Positions 1-12,272 are shown, counted from the stretch's first letter. The stretch: DNA of 64,000 bases from an uncultured Gammaproteobacteria bacterium (GCA_963747035.1 CAVVDL010000010.1:1851-65850), one strand, 5' to 3'. Made by a program: numbers and translations. Notes: a model not told the origin generated them from the sequence alone.

Positions 1-1226
1 AAGTCATGGGTTTGGCTCCCTATGGCGAGCCACGCTACGTGGACGCGATCAAGATGAACTTGATCGACATCAAAGACGATGGATCATTCCGCCTGAATCT
101 TGATTACTTTGATTACTGCACCGGGCTTCGCATGACAAACGAGCGATTCGATGCGGTGTTTGGCGGGCCGCCACGCAAGCCGGAGGACCGGCTAGCGCAG
201 CGTGAGATGGATCTGGCGGCAAGCGTGCAGGCGATCACGGAGGAAGTCGTGTTGAAACTTGCCGCCGGCGTTGCGAAAGTGACCGGCGAGCGCAATCTCT
301 GCCTGGCGGGTGGTGTCGCGCTCAACTGCGTCGCCAATGGCAAGCTGCTTCGCAGTGGGACGTTTGACCGTATCTGGATTCAACCAGCCGCCGGCGATGC
401 CGGAGGCGCCATCGGTGCTGCGCTGGGTGCCTATCATCTATTCAAAGGCGCACCCCGGCATGCGGTGAATCCAGGCAGTGATGGAATGAATGGTGGTTTT
501 CTGGGCCCAGCCTACGACGACGCGGAAATCCGCGATCGGCTGACCGCCAGCGGCGCGGTCTTCGAATTATTGGAGGAGGGCGAGCTTGTTGACCGCACTG
601 CACGTGCTTTGGCGGCGGGACTCGCCGTTGGATGGCACCAGGGGCGTATGGAATTCGGGCCGCGCGCGCTGGGAGCGCGGTCGATTCTCGGAGATGCGCG
701 GTCTTCGACGATGCAGAAACTGCTGAACCTGAAAGTCAAATTCCGTGAGTCTTTTCGCCCGTTTGCACCATCGGTCCTGCGAGAGCATGTCGGCGAGTGG
801 TTCGAACTCGATGAGGACAGCCCCTACATGCTGCTTGTCGCCGATGTCAGGCAGGAACACCGGGTTGCCATTACGGCCGAGCAGCGGAGTCTGTTCGGCA
901 TTGATCGGCTCAATGTCGCCCGCTCATCGATACCTGCCGTGACCCATGTAGATGACTCCGCGCGAATTCAGACCGTCCATCAGGAAACGAATCCCCGCTA
1001 TCACGCGCTGATATCGAAGTTTCACGAGCTGACCGGCTGTCCGGTCATAGTCAATACGAGTTTCAACGTCCGCGGCGAGCCGCTGGTCTGCACGCCGGAG
1101 GACAGTTTCCGCTGTTTCATGGGTACGGAAATCGATGTACTCGCGATTGGCAACGCCTACCTCGAAAAGAGCCGGCAACCCGAGCACCTCAAGCAGCGAT
1201 ACGAGGACCGCTTCGACTTGGATTGA
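1..1226 (+). CDS. carbamoyltransferase, NodU/CmcH family (C-terminal ~407 aa; 5' end outside the window)
   Basis: ORF 6..1226 stays open back to the window edge. The blocks LCLAGGVALNCVANGK, IQPAAGDAGGAIGAAL and VNTSFNVRGEP are characteristic of NodU/CmcH O-carbamoyltransferases. Confidence 0.85.
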   Translation, partial: VMGLAPYGEPRYVDAIKMNLIDIKDDGSFRLNLDYFDYCTGLRMTNERFDAVFGGPPRKPEDRLAQREMDLAASVQAITEEVVLKLAAGVAKVTGERNLCLAGGVALNCVANGKLLRSGTFDRIWIQPAAGDAGGAIGAALGAYHLFKGAPRHAVNPGSDGMNGGFLGPAYDDAEIRDRLTASGAVFELLEEGELVDRTARALAAGLAVGWHQGRMEFGPRALGARSILGDARSSTMQKLLNLKVKFRESFRPFAPSVLREHVGEWFELDEDSPYMLLVADVRQEHRVAITAEQRSLFGIDRLNVARSSIPAVTHVDDSARIQTVHQETNPRYHALISKFHELTGCPVIVNTSFNVRGEPLVCTPEDSFRCFMGTEIDVLAIGNAYLEKSRQPEHLKQRYEDRFDLD

Positions 1227-1247
1227 GGCGAGTCCGCAGCGTTCGTC

Positions 1248-1628
1248 CTACGCCCGCCGCCTTGCACCGGCACGCGGCGCCACCATCGCCCCTTCCTTCA
1301 GCCGCGTGCCGACCTTGACGATGGCATCGATCACGGGAAGAAGCTCGCGCCCGGTATTCGACAGCGAATACTCCACCGACGGAGGCGAGGTGTGCGCTAC
1401 CTTGCGGATCACCACACCTTTCTCTCCGAGCTCTTTCAATCGTGCCGTCAGCACTTTGGGCGAGATTCCGGGTATATCGCTGTAGAGTTCTCCGAACCTT
1501 CGCGGGCCGCCACTCAGCTTCCAGATCACGCTGGGGGCCCACGCGCCACCCAGCACTGCCATGCAGGCCGCCATCGGACAGCCGAAGGGCCGGGGAGGCG
1601 CCTTGCTCTTGCGTAACTTGAGTGCCAT
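1248..1628 (-). CDS. HxlR-family winged-helix transcriptional regulator
   Basis: 126-aa intact ORF. CPMAACMAVLGGAWAPSVIWKL..RRFGEL..ISPKVLTARLKELGEKGVV..EYSLS fits the HxlR HTH signature. It is divergent from a GST gene. Confidence 0.85.
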   Translation of the reverse strand: MALKLRKSKAPPRPFGCPMAACMAVLGGAWAPSVIWKLSGGPRRFGELYSDIPGISPKVLTARLKELGEKGVVIRKVAHTSPPSVEYSLSNTGRELLPVIDAIVKVGTRLKEGAMVAPRAGARRRA

Positions 1629-1758
1629 GTAGGACGACCCCCGGCCAGGTTGCAGCGAGTCTAGTGTATTCTAGCACTTACCACAAGAAATGTACTATCT
1701 AAAAGTAAGTAAATATGTTAACTTCACCCTCGAATCCAACGAGAAAACGGAGAAATAT
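1629..1758. promoter_or_regulatory. AT-rich divergent intergenic region (presumed promoters/operator for the HxlR regulator and GST)
   Basis: 130 bp that is much more AT-rich than its flanks. It has an inverted repeat AGTG-N8-CACT at 1663-1678 and a GGAGA Shine-Dalgarno 5 nt before ATG 1759. I could not assign a -35/-10 pair with confidence. Confidence 0.4.
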
Positions 1759-2382
1759 ATGAAGTTATTCTATTCACCAGGCACCAGCTCGCTGTCACCG
1801 CACATCGTTGCGCGTGAAGCAGGCATCGATCTGAAGCTTCAGAAAGTCGATCTCGCGACCAAGACCATGAAGGTCGACGGCGATTTCTGGAAGGTCAATC
1901 CGAAGGGCTTCGACCCTGCGCTCGAGCTCGACAATGGAGAAATCCTCACCGAGGGTGCGGTGATCGTCCAGTACCTGGCCGATCTCATGCCCAAGTCGAA
2001 GCTTGCCCCCCAGAACGGAACCTGGGAACGCACACGCCTTCAGGAAATGCTCAACTACATTGGTACCGAGATCCACAAGACTTTCAGCCCGTTGTGGAAC
2101 TCCAAGGTTTCGACGGAAGTTCGCAAGGAACGGACCGATATTCTGAACAGGCACTATGCGCTGCTCGACAAGCAGCTCGCAGGCAAGAAGTTCCTGTTCG
2201 GTGATCAGTTCACCATCGCCGATGCCTATCTGTTCGTCGTGACGAACTGGGCCAAATCGACCAAGGTGGACCTGTCCGAGTTCACCCACATCCAGGCTTT
2301 CCAGACCCGCGTCGCCGCAAGGCCCGCAGTGGTGGCCGCGATGACGGCAGAGGGATTGATCCCGGCGGTCAAAGCCGCGTAA
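1759..2382 (+). CDS. gstA: glutathione S-transferase, GstA-like
   Basis: Internal ATG (M24 of ORF 1690..2382) preceded by GGAGA. MKLFYSPGTSSLSPHIVAREAGIDL..VNPKG..PALELDNGEILTEGAVIVQYLAD..FTIADAYLFVV aligns along its length with my memory of E. coli GstA. Confidence 0.85.
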   Translation: MKLFYSPGTSSLSPHIVAREAGIDLKLQKVDLATKTMKVDGDFWKVNPKGFDPALELDNGEILTEGAVIVQYLADLMPKSKLAPQNGTWERTRLQEMLNYIGTEIHKTFSPLWNSKVSTEVRKERTDILNRHYALLDKQLAGKKFLFGDQFTIADAYLFVVTNWAKSTKVDLSEFTHIQAFQTRVAARPAVVAAMTAEGLIPAVKAA

Positions 2383-2407
2383 CGGCTTGTCGATCGAGTG
2401 CGATCAG

Positions 2408-2436
2408 AACGGGGCCGCAGGGCCCCGTTCGTTTGT
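2408..2436 (+). terminator. rho-independent terminator after the GST gene
   Basis: AACGGGGCC-gcag-GGCCCCGTT hairpin (9-bp stem) followed by a T-rich CGTTTGT, 26 nt after the stop codon. Confidence 0.6.
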
Positions 2437-2774
2437 ACGTGCCCCAATCGACCGCAAAACCGGCGCGCTGACCGTCGCCCTGACGGACAGCCAAGGGGCC
2501 TACGTCGTTTTCGGCCAGTGCAAGGTGACCGGGGCGAAGTAAGGCGTCAATCGTTCGGTCCGATATTTTTGAAGAGGTTGCGACGGACAATTAAGGTTGT
2601 GTCGAGCCCAGATTCGCGTGGACCCGCCTGAAAGGCCGAGCGTAGGCCCAAAGGGCGTGCTCGGAACCGCGACAGCAGTGTAAATTACGCGCTGTTAGGA
2701 CTCTGTTTTGCAGTATCTGGATTCTGCCCGTGACGCTCACGACGGGCGTATTCCAACAACGAGGAGGATTCAAA

Positions 2775-3239
2775 TTGAATAGCAAGAAGTGCGCGATGCT
2801 CGCCACCGCGATCGCCCTGCCGCTCTCGATTGCCGCGGCGCTCGCCGCTGAAAGTCCGATGGCATCGGATACGAAGATTGCCTGCAGCGAAATCAAGTAC
2901 AGCTCGGAATTCCTCGAGAAGTATCCGCACGCGCCGGCCGCGTGCCTGGAAGCGGTCGAGAAGGACGGCAAGCGTTACGCGAAGTTCACCGCCCGCGTGT
3001 TCCTCAACAGCCCTGACCGCACCACCGTCGAGTTGCTGAACGTGAAGGGCGATCCCCTGACCACGTTCAGCTTCAAGCCGGCCCCGGATGCGGGCGTCAT
3101 GATCGACGGCAAGAAGACCAAGTTCACGGACCTCAAGAAGGGCGAGAAGATCTCGTTCTATATCTCCGCGGATCGCCTGACGGCTTCAGAGCTGCCGGGT
3201 TCGACGGAGGATTCCTGGGCCGTGCTGCCGCCCCAGTAA
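2775..3239 (+). CDS. hypothetical secreted protein, duplicate copy 1 (154 aa)
   Basis: TTG start 7 nt after GAGGAGGA. Signal peptide NSKKCAMLATAIALPLSIAAALA. Protein-like composition. I recognise no family. Confidence 0.7.
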   Translation: MNSKKCAMLATAIALPLSIAAALAAESPMASDTKIACSEIKYSSEFLEKYPHAPAACLEAVEKDGKRYAKFTARVFLNSPDRTTVELLNVKGDPLTTFSFKPAPDAGVMIDGKKTKFTDLKKGEKISFYISADRLTASELPGSTEDSWAVLPPQ

Positions 3240-3262
3240 TCGGAATTTGACGCACTGCGAAG

Positions 3263-3293
3263 GGTCCGGCGCGCGGCGCCGGACCTTTTTTTT
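3263..3293 (+). terminator. rho-independent terminator of copy 1
   Basis: GGTCCGGCGC-gcg-GCGCCGGACC (10-bp perfect stem) followed by T8. Confidence 0.8.
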
Positions 3294-3347
3294 GTCAGTG
3301 GGCCGACGCTCACGACGGGCGTATTCCAACAACGAGGAGGATTCACA

Positions 3348-3926
3348 TTGAATAGCAAGAAGTGCGCGATGCTCGCCACCGCGATTGCCCTGCCGCTCTC
3401 GATCGCCGCGGCGCTCGCTGCCGAAAGCCCGATGGCGTCGGATACGAAGATCGCCTGCAGCGAAGTCAAGTACAGCTCGGAATTCCTGAGCAAGTATCCG
3501 GACGCGCCGGCCGCGTGCATCGAAGCGGTCGAGAAGGAAGGCAAGCGTTACGCGAAGTTCACCGCCCGCGTGTTCCTCAACAGCGCTGACCGCACCACGG
3601 TCGAGTTGCTGAACGCGCACGGCGACCCGCTGACGACATTCAGCTTCAAGCCGGCCCCGGATGCGGGCGTCATGATCGACGGCAAGAAGACCAAGTTCAC
3701 GGACCTCAAGAAGGGCGAGAAGATCTCGTTCTATGTCTCCGCGGATCGCCTGACGGCTTCAGAGCTGCCGGGTGCGACGGAAGACTCCTGGGCCGTGCTG
3801 CCGCCGCCAAGTAATCGGGTTCGAGGCATTCTCAAGGGTCCGGTGCGGTTGCACCGGACCCTTTTTCTTTGTCAGTCGGCGGCAGGCGCCGTCGTCGCGA
3901 CCGGCGTGATCTCGAGATCGTGGTAG
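3348..3926 (+). CDS. hypothetical secreted protein, duplicate copy 2 (ORF as read 192 aa; probably ends near 3814)
   Basis: Nearly identical to copy 1 up to AVLPP. A 2-nt length difference (CCGCCGCCAAGTAA versus CCGCCCCAGTAA) puts the copy-1 TAA out of frame. The ORF then reads through its own terminator hairpin and overlaps the convergent gene by 55 nt. Confidence 0.6.
   Translation: MNSKKCAMLATAIALPLSIAAALAAESPMASDTKIACSEVKYSSEFLSKYPDAPAACIEAVEKEGKRYAKFTARVFLNSADRTTVELLNAHGDPLTTFSFKPAPDAGVMIDGKKTKFTDLKKGEKISFYVSADRLTASELPGATEDSWAVLPPPSNRVRGILKGPVRLHRTLFLCQSAAGAVVATGVISRSW
3836..3870 (+). terminator. rho-independent terminator of copy 2
   Basis: GGGTCCGGTGC-ggtt-GCACCGGACCC (11-bp perfect stem) followed by TTTTTCTTT. 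Confidence 0.7.
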
Positions 3927-5456
3927 TCGAAGCTGAAGTCCGCGACCGGCGAATACGCCTTCATCGTGATGCGCGAGGGCTTCCCCGCGGCATCGAGCGC
4001 GAAGCTCACGAACGCCGGCTCGATCAGCGGATCCGGCCAGCGCGCGACGAAGGTGTCGTAGGCCCAGTGCTCGAGCGGCGCCACCATGCCGGGCGTCTGC
4101 TTGAAGTCGATCGAGAGCTGTCCATTCGATTCCGTCACGTCGATCGGCCCGTACCACGGGTCGGCGTAGTGGCCGGCGTAGCCGGCGGGCGGCAGCGAGG
4201 GCTTCGACTCGGGCCGTGACGCGCTTGCCGCGCGCTGTGCCTCGAGGCCGGCGGCGTTGCGCGCGTCGAAGAGTTCCTTGAAGGCCTTCGGCCAGTCGTG
4301 CTTCGGCAGGCCGAGATAGTGGTCGAGGAGCTCGTACTCGAGGCCCGGCACGAACTCGTTGTCCTCCGAGTTGTTGACGATCACGAAGCCGGTGTTCTTC
4401 TCGGGGATCAGCACGACCACCGTGCGGAAGCCCTGCGTGCCGCCGCCGTGCTGGATGATCTTGTGGCCGCGGTAGTCCTGGACGATCCAGCCGAGGGCGT
4501 AGCCGCGAAACTGCGGCGTGGCGTCCGCCAGGGACGGCGGGCAGCGGCGTCAGCGGCACCGGCACGACCGGCTGCCACATCTCGGCCGCGTTCGCGGCGG
4601 AGTACAGGTGCTTGTCCGAGCCCGGGATCTGGCCGGCCGCGAGCTGCACGAGCAGCCAGCGGCTCATGTCGTTGGCGCCGGCCGCGATCGCGCCGGCCGG
4701 GCCGCAGTTCGCGCCGAGCTTGACCCTCTGCTCGTCGAAGAGCTGCTGCGGTCCGACGCCGCGCAGCTCGCCGTTGCGGCCGTGCGGGAAGGCGCGGTCC
4801 GGGGCGACGAGACGGTCCACGTCGTTCGTGACGCTCTTCGTCATGCCGATCGGCTTCAGGATCCGCTCCTCGGTGAACTTCTCCCAGGTCTGGCCGGTGA
4901 CTTCCTCGATCAGCTGGCCGGCGACCATGTAGAGCACGTTGTCGTAGGCGAATGTCGAGCGGAAGCTGGTCGCGGGCTTCAGGAATTGCAGCCGGCGCAC
5001 GGAGTCGGCGCGCCCGAGGTTGTTGAACGGCACGAACAGCAGGTCGCCCTGGCCCTTGGCGAGGCCGGCGCGGTGCGTGAGCAGGTCCCGGATCGTGAGC
5101 TCGCGCGTGACCCAGGCGTCGTACATGCGAAAGCCGGGCAGGTGGTCGATCACCTTGTCGTCCCAGCCGATCTTGCCTTCCTCGACGAGGATGGCGAGCG
5201 CCGCGCTCACGAAGGCCTTCGTCGTCGAGCCGATCTGGAACAGCGTGTCCGCGTCCACCGGCTCGCTCGAGCCGAGCTTCCTGACGCCGTAGCCGCGCGC
5301 GAGCGTCACCTTGCCGTTCTCGACGATGGCGACGGCGGCGCCGGGCACCTCCGAGGCTTTCATGACCGCCTCGACGCGCGCGTCGAAATTCTTCGGCGGC
5401 GCGGCGAGCGCGAGGGACGGCAGTGCGGCGATCAGGACGGCGACGAAGATGCGCAT
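3872..5456 (-). pseudogene. secreted serine hydrolase, beta-lactamase/transpeptidase fold (one frame break; pseudogene or assembly indel)
   Basis: The N-terminal part is in the frame of ORF 3759..5456 and has a signal peptide, an SxxK motif (STTK) and YDN. The C-terminal domain is in ORF 3872..4420. The frames join at PLTPL|PPSLADATPQFRGYALGW. Deleting one G from GGG 4539-4541 restores the frame. Confidence 0.75.
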
Positions 5457-5474
5457 GAGAATCTCCGGGTCAGG

Positions 5475-6584
5475 TCAGGCGGCGGCTGCGGCGGGTCGTC
5501 TCGAGAGGCGCCAGACGCCGACGGTGAGGAGCGGCAGCAGGAAGGTCGCGATCAGCAGCCAGGCGAGCCACCGATAGCCGTTCGCGATCAGGGCCACGAG
5601 GCCGAACTGCTGCGCGGCGAAGATCGCGACGACGAGGATGGCAATGGTGCAGGCGAAGCGCTGTGCGGGCGGGAAGCCGCGGCCGCGCTCGGCGAGGCGC
5701 CCGCGATGCGCTCGTTGACCGCGTGCACGGAGCTCACGCTGCTCTGCAGGAGCGCCGCGAAGATCATGACCTGGAAGGCGCCGTGCAGGAGCGGCAGGCC
5801 CATCTGGCGCAGCATGAAGTCCGCCGGCAGCACCTCGGCGCCGATGCCGGGATAGAACGCCATCATGCAGCAGAAGAAGAGGAGTGCCGGGATGATCGCG
5901 AGCGGGCCGGCGAGCAGGCCCGAAACGACGGCGTCGCGGTCACTCGTCAGGTGCCGGAGCATCGGCAGCACCACCGCGGCGGCGACCGCGTTGTAGCTCG
6001 CGTACGTGATCCCGGCGCCGACCCAGCTGCCCGAGCCCGCGGCGTTGCGCGCTGGAAACTCGCTCCGATCTCCGTGCCGAAGCGCTGGAAGCCGAAGATC
6101 ACGAAGAGCGCATAGACGCCGTACAGGAAGAACGAGGCGTACTTGAAGAGCCACTCGACGCTCTTGTTGCCGAACGCCGTGAAGGCCGCGATGAGCGCCA
6201 TGAGGAGCGAGGACGCCCGCGATCGTCGGCCAGCCGAACATCGCCTCGCCGAGCGCGCCGGCGGCCGCGCCGTAGACCGCGAGGATCAGGATGAAGAAGA
6301 AGACGTAGCAGCCCTCGAAGGCGAACCAGGCGCGGCCCGAGGAGCGCGCGGAAGAAGGGACGGTAGTCATAGGCGCCGATCCTGCGCGCGAGCAGGAAGG
6401 CCACGACGCAGATGAGGCTCCACAGGCCCATCGCGAGCGCCATCGCGGCGACGCCGCCCCAGGGACCGAGCGGCACGAAGAATTCCGCGATCTCGCGGCC
6501 GGTGGAGTAGCCGCCGCCGATGACGACGGCCTTGAATGCGAATCCCGGGAGCAGGAAGCGCTGGAACCAGCTCGGGCGCGTCAC
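5475..6584 (-). pseudogene. YkvI-like polytopic inner-membrane protein / putative permease (about 4 frame breaks)
   Basis: Hydrophobic segments are spread over ORFs 6099..6584, 5588..6370 and 5947..6201, plus an unlisted tail ending ..GYRWLAWLLIATFLLPLLTVGVWRLSRRPAAAAA*. The N-terminus FKAVVIGGGYSTGREIAEFF resembles YkvI-type proteins. Its GTG start overlaps the DUF1611 stop (GTGA at 6581-6584). Confidence 0.55.
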
Positions 6585-7595
6585 GAGGCGAGGCAGGACT
6601 CGACGAGCCGCTCGAGGGCGGCGCCGCCGCGCATCGGGTCCGCGACCGGCAGGCCGAGCGATTGCGCGACGCCCTGCATCAGCGTCTCGGCCGCCGCAGG
6701 CCGCAGCGACGCGGTATTGAAGCTGACGCCCGCGCAGCGGATCTTTGCGTTCGTGAGCGAGCCCATCGCGACGTGGCGGGCAATCGCTTCAGGCAATGAC
6801 GGCGTCGGGAAGTCCGGGTAGCCGAGCAGGTGCTCGCGGCCCGGCTCGTGGCAGAGCACGAAGACGTCCGGCTGGCTGCCATGCAGGAGGCCGAGCGAGA
6901 CGCCCGCGTAGGCCGGGTGAAACAGCGAGCCCTGGCCCTCGATCACGTCCCAGTGGTCCGGAGCGGCGTCGGGGCTCAGGATTTCCGCGGCGCCCGCCAC
7001 GAAATCGGAGATCACGGCGTCGATCGGCATGCCGCTGCCCGCGATCATGATCCCGGTCTGGCCCGTCGCGCGGAATTCCGCGTCCACGCCGCGCCGGCGC
7101 ATCGCGCCCGTGATCGCAAGCGCGGTGTACTTCTTGCCGAGCGCGCAGTCCGTGCCGACGGTGAGCAGGCGCTTGCCGGTCCTCTTCCGGCCGGTGCCGA
7201 CCGGGAATGTTCGGCGGAGGCTGGCGCACGTCGATGAGGCGGCGTCCCAGCCGTTCGGCGGCGGCCTTGAGCTCGGGCGAGCCTGCCAGGCGCCCGTGCA
7301 TTCCCGAGACGATGTCGAGTCCCGCTTCGAGGGCCTCGACGAGGCTCGGGATCCAGTTCGGCTTCAGGACGCCGCCGGTGTTCGCGACGCCGATCACGAG
7401 CGAGCGGGCGCCTCGCGCCTGCGCCTCGCGCGGCGCGAGCCTCGGCAGGCCGGCGCTGACCGTCGCTTCGGGCAGCGCGAACTCGCCGATGCACAGGTCG
7501 CGCGCCCAGTCGCGCAGGCCAAACGCCGTCTTGGCGTACCCCGCCTCGGTCGTATCTCCCAGGAACAGGAGATACGGCGCGGGCAGGGTGACCAC
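6581..7595 (-). pseudogene. DUF1611-family protein (DgcN-like putative N-acetyltransferase), copy 1 (one frame break)
   Basis: It has PYLLFLGD..IGVANTGG..LEAGLDIVSGMH in one frame and GTGRKRTGKRLLTVGTDCALGKKYTA..FRATGQTGI..WDVIEGQGSLFHPAYAGV in another. Removing one G from GGG 7203-7205 joins them. It is ~65% identical by eye to the intact paralog at 28221..29225. The GTG start at 7595 was inferred from alignment to that paralog. Confidence 0.75.
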
Positions 7596-7672
7596 GAGCG
7601 ACGCGGATCCGGCGTCAGGGACGCTGGAGGTGCGGACTGCCGACAAGACGCTCTCCCTGCGCGGCCGGCCCG

Positions 7673-10028
<2,356 letters not shown>

Positions 10029-10054
10029 GTTCCCCCTCGGTGGTCGATTGGCGC

Positions 10055-11201
10055 TCAGGCCCAGATGGTGCCCAGGAGCCGCCGGAAATTGCCGCCCAGC
10101 ACGGACTCGATGTTCGAGTCGCCGTAGCCGCGGCGGATGAGTGCCTCGGTCAGGTCGAAAACCTTCTTCGGATGGTCGAAGCCGTCGGTGTCGAGCTTGT
10201 CGCGGAAGGCGTAGCTCGACTTGTACGACGCCATCAGCTCCTTGCGCTGGTCGGCCGGCATGTCGTCGTAGCCGTTGAGGTCGGAGTCCGAGCCGATGCC
10301 GACGTGCTCGATGCCGACCAGCTTCACGACGTGGTCGATGTGGTCGACGATGTGCTCGATGGTCGTCGGCTCGCGGTCGCGCACGAAGTTGCGCACGCCC
10401 GTGATGCCCATGACGCCGCCCCTGGCCGCGAGCTTCGTGATCGCCTCGTCGGTCTTCAGGCGCGGGTGGTTGTTGAGCGCGCGGCAGTTCGAGTGCGTGA
10501 TCGCGATCGGCTGCTTCGAGAGCTCGATCGCGTCGAGCGTCGTCTTGTCGCCGCAGTGCGAGGCGTCCACCAGCATGCCGGTCTCGTTCATCGCGGCGAT
10601 GATCTCGGCGCCGAAGTCGCTGACGCCGCCGTCCACGCGGTCGGTGCCGCCGGTGCCGAGGAAGTTCTGGCTGTTGTAGGTGAGCTGGGAGCACGCGCTG
10701 GCCGAGCTGGAAGAAGGCCTTCACGTCCTCGGCTTTCTGGAAATGCTCGGAGTTCTGCACGCCCATCATCACCGCGCACTTGCCGGCGGCCTTGGCGCGG
10801 TCGAGGTCGGCGGCCTTGTCCACGACAGAGAAGAGATCGGAGTTCCGCGCGCAGAATCCCTGCCACGCGGCGAGGAAGGTCAGCGTCTCCTCGACGGCCT
10901 GCGGGCCCCCGGTGCCGACGGAATTGTGGAAGCCGGTGATGCCGCAGGTCTTGAACTGCGCGATCTCGGCCTCGGTGAGCGGATTCGCGTAGGCCTCCGG
11001 CTTGAAGTTGATCTTGAGCACGGCCAGCATGTCGATCACGAGCGAGCGCTCGACGATCGCGATCGCGCGCGCGGAGTAGGCGGCGGGGCTGTCGGCGAAG
11101 AGGCGGAACGAGGCGAGGTTGAGCATCGGGAAACCGATGCCGAGCGCCGCGCCCTGGAGCACGCGCCGCCTCGAGACCTGACCCGCCCTGGACTGAGCCA
11201 T
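10055..11201 (-). pseudogene. membrane dipeptidase, peptidase family M19, Tat-exported (one frame break near 10687)
   Basis: The N-terminal part (ORF 9969..11201) has a twin-arginine motif SRRRVLQGAALG. The C-terminal part is ORF 10055..10636, with SHCGDKT, ITHSNCRAL and IGSDSDLNG. The junction reads GQR|CSQLTYNSQNFLGTGG. Confidence 0.8.
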
Positions 11202-11235
11202 CCCACCCCTTTCGGGAAAAATATCCCAGCCAGAG

Positions 11236-11263
11236 ATTTTAATCCTGATTGGAGAATTGTCAA
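11236..11263 (-). promoter_or_regulatory. sigma70-type promoter for the M19 dipeptidase-TBDR-DUF1611 operon
   Basis: Read on the minus strand: TTGACA (11263-11258), 16 nt, TAAAAT (11241-11236), ending 34 nt upstream of ATG 11201. It overlaps the perfect palindrome GAATTGTCAATTC (11254-11266). Confidence 0.55.
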
Positions 11264-11282
11264 TTCAGCGCGGAATCCGCGC

Positions 11283-12272
11283 TCAGGCTGCGGCGCCCCA
11301 GCCCGAGTCGGGATAGGAGACCTTGCCGTTCTCGAAAGCCATCGCGGGCGTGCGATCCCGCGTGATGAAGAGCGTGCCGTCGAGGTCATTGATGTCGCAG
11401 AGCTGGCCGAGGATCCAGGCCGGCGCCATCGCGAGGCTGGTTCCGACCATGTTGCCGACCATCACGCCGAGGCCCAGGCGTCGCGCCTCCGCGGCCATCG
11501 CGAGGCCTTCGGTGAGGCCGCCGCACTTGTCGAGCTTGATGTTGACGATGTCGAAGCGGCCGACGAGCGGCTCGATGTCCGAAAGCCCCTGCACGCTCTC
11601 GTCCGCGGCGACCGGGATCGGGCAGCGCAGGCCGTCGAGCTCCGCCTCGCGCCCGCGCGCGAAGGGCTGCTCCACGAGCTTCACCTTGCAGGCCACGAGA
11701 TCCGGCATGAGGGCGGAAAGGCTGTCGGCATTGAAGCCCTGGTTGGCGTCGACGCCGATCCAGGCGTCGGGGCGCGCCCTGCGCACGGCGCGCACGCGCT
11801 CCGCATCGAGCGGCAACTCGCCGGTCAGCTTCAGCTTCAGGGATTTCGCCTGGGCATAGGCGATCGCCTTTTCGGCCATCGCTCCCGGGTCGTTGGCCGG
11901 AATCGTGAACGTGGTGAGGAGCGGGCGAGGGCGCTCGAGACCGGCGATCCGCCAGACCGGCTGGCGGAGGCGCTTCGCCTCGAGGTCCCACAGCGCGCAG
12001 TCGAGGGCATTGCGCGCGCCGCCGGGCGGCAGCAGCCGGCGCAGCGACTCGCGGTCGACGCCGGCCTCGATGTCGCGGCGCACGTGCTCGATCGCCGTGC
12101 ACATGCGGTCGACGTCGTCGCCGAGGTAATAGACGCCCGCCGCCTCACCCTCGCCGGCCGCGCCGCGCTCGCTGATGCGAGCGACGACGGCCGACATGTC
12201 GGTGAACGTGTACCCCGTGATCGTGAACGGGGCCGAGAGCGGGATCAGTTCCCGCGTGACCGACAGCTGCAT
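11283..12272 (-). CDS. dipeptide epimerase (enolase superfamily, MLE subgroup; L-Ala-D/L-Glu epimerase-like)
   Basis: Starts at the internal ATG (M41 of ORF 11283..12392), which overlaps the upstream stop (TGATG at 12270-12274). It has KxK (SLKLKLTG), metal ligands in IGVDANQG / LVEQP / VAADES, a second catalytic Lys (NIKLDKCGG) and a DLD motif near the C-terminus. The ORF is intact. Confidence 0.8.
   Translation of the reverse strand: MQLSVTRELIPLSAPFTITGYTFTDMSAVVARISERGAAGEGEAAGVYYLGDDVDRMCTAIEHVRRDIEAGVDRESLRRLLPPGGARNALDCALWDLEAKRLRQPVWRIAGLERPRPLLTTFTIPANDPGAMAEKAIAYAQAKSLKLKLTGELPLDAERVRAVRRARPDAWIGVDANQGFNADSLSALMPDLVACKVKLVEQPFARGREAELDGLRCPIPVAADESVQGLSDIEPLVGRFDIVNIKLDKCGGLTEGLAMAAEARRLGLGVMVGNMVGTSLAMAPAWILGQLCDINDLDGTLFITRDRTPAMAFENGKVSYPDSGWGAAA

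Larger units (their letters stand above)
2732..3876. repeat. tandem direct duplication (~573-577 bp unit x2) of a complete gene cassette
   Basis: Unit 1 is 2732-3299 and unit 2 is 3305-3876. Both carry the same upstream leader (GACGCTCACGACGGGCGTATTCCAACAACGAGGAGGATTCA), a TTG start, a near-identical CDS and a GGGTCCGG..CCGGACC terminator hairpin. Confidence 0.9.

Noticed and set aside
3815-3926. C-terminal 37-aa extension of duplicate copy 2 as genuine coding sequence
   Set aside because: The extension runs through the copy's own terminator hairpin and overlaps the convergent hydrolase gene. Copy 1 stops at the homologous TAA. A 1-2-nt length difference just before the stop explains the read-through.
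4518-5855. Long antisense or alternate-frame ORFs. Examples: 4518..5855, 10680..12278, 12299..13924, 16205..17623, 28485..30560, 30806..32335, 32209..33882, 41292..42545, 46537..47829, 49527..51233, 58687..60285, 61956..63683
   Set aside because: Their translations are dominated by Arg/Ala/Gly/Asp/His/Glu runs with no motifs. Each lies opposite, or offset from, a gene with clear family signatures. These are typical shadow ORFs of high-GC DNA.
11254-11285. Palindrome GAATTGTCAATTC and hairpin AGCGCGG-aat-CCGCGCT (11267-11283) as a terminator for the epimerase gene
   Set aside because: The hairpin abuts and overlaps the first base of the minus-strand stop codon (11283-11285), and its 7-bp stem has no following U-tract. 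The palindrome coincides with the -35 region of the downstream promoter. The promoter/operator reading is better supported than a terminator.
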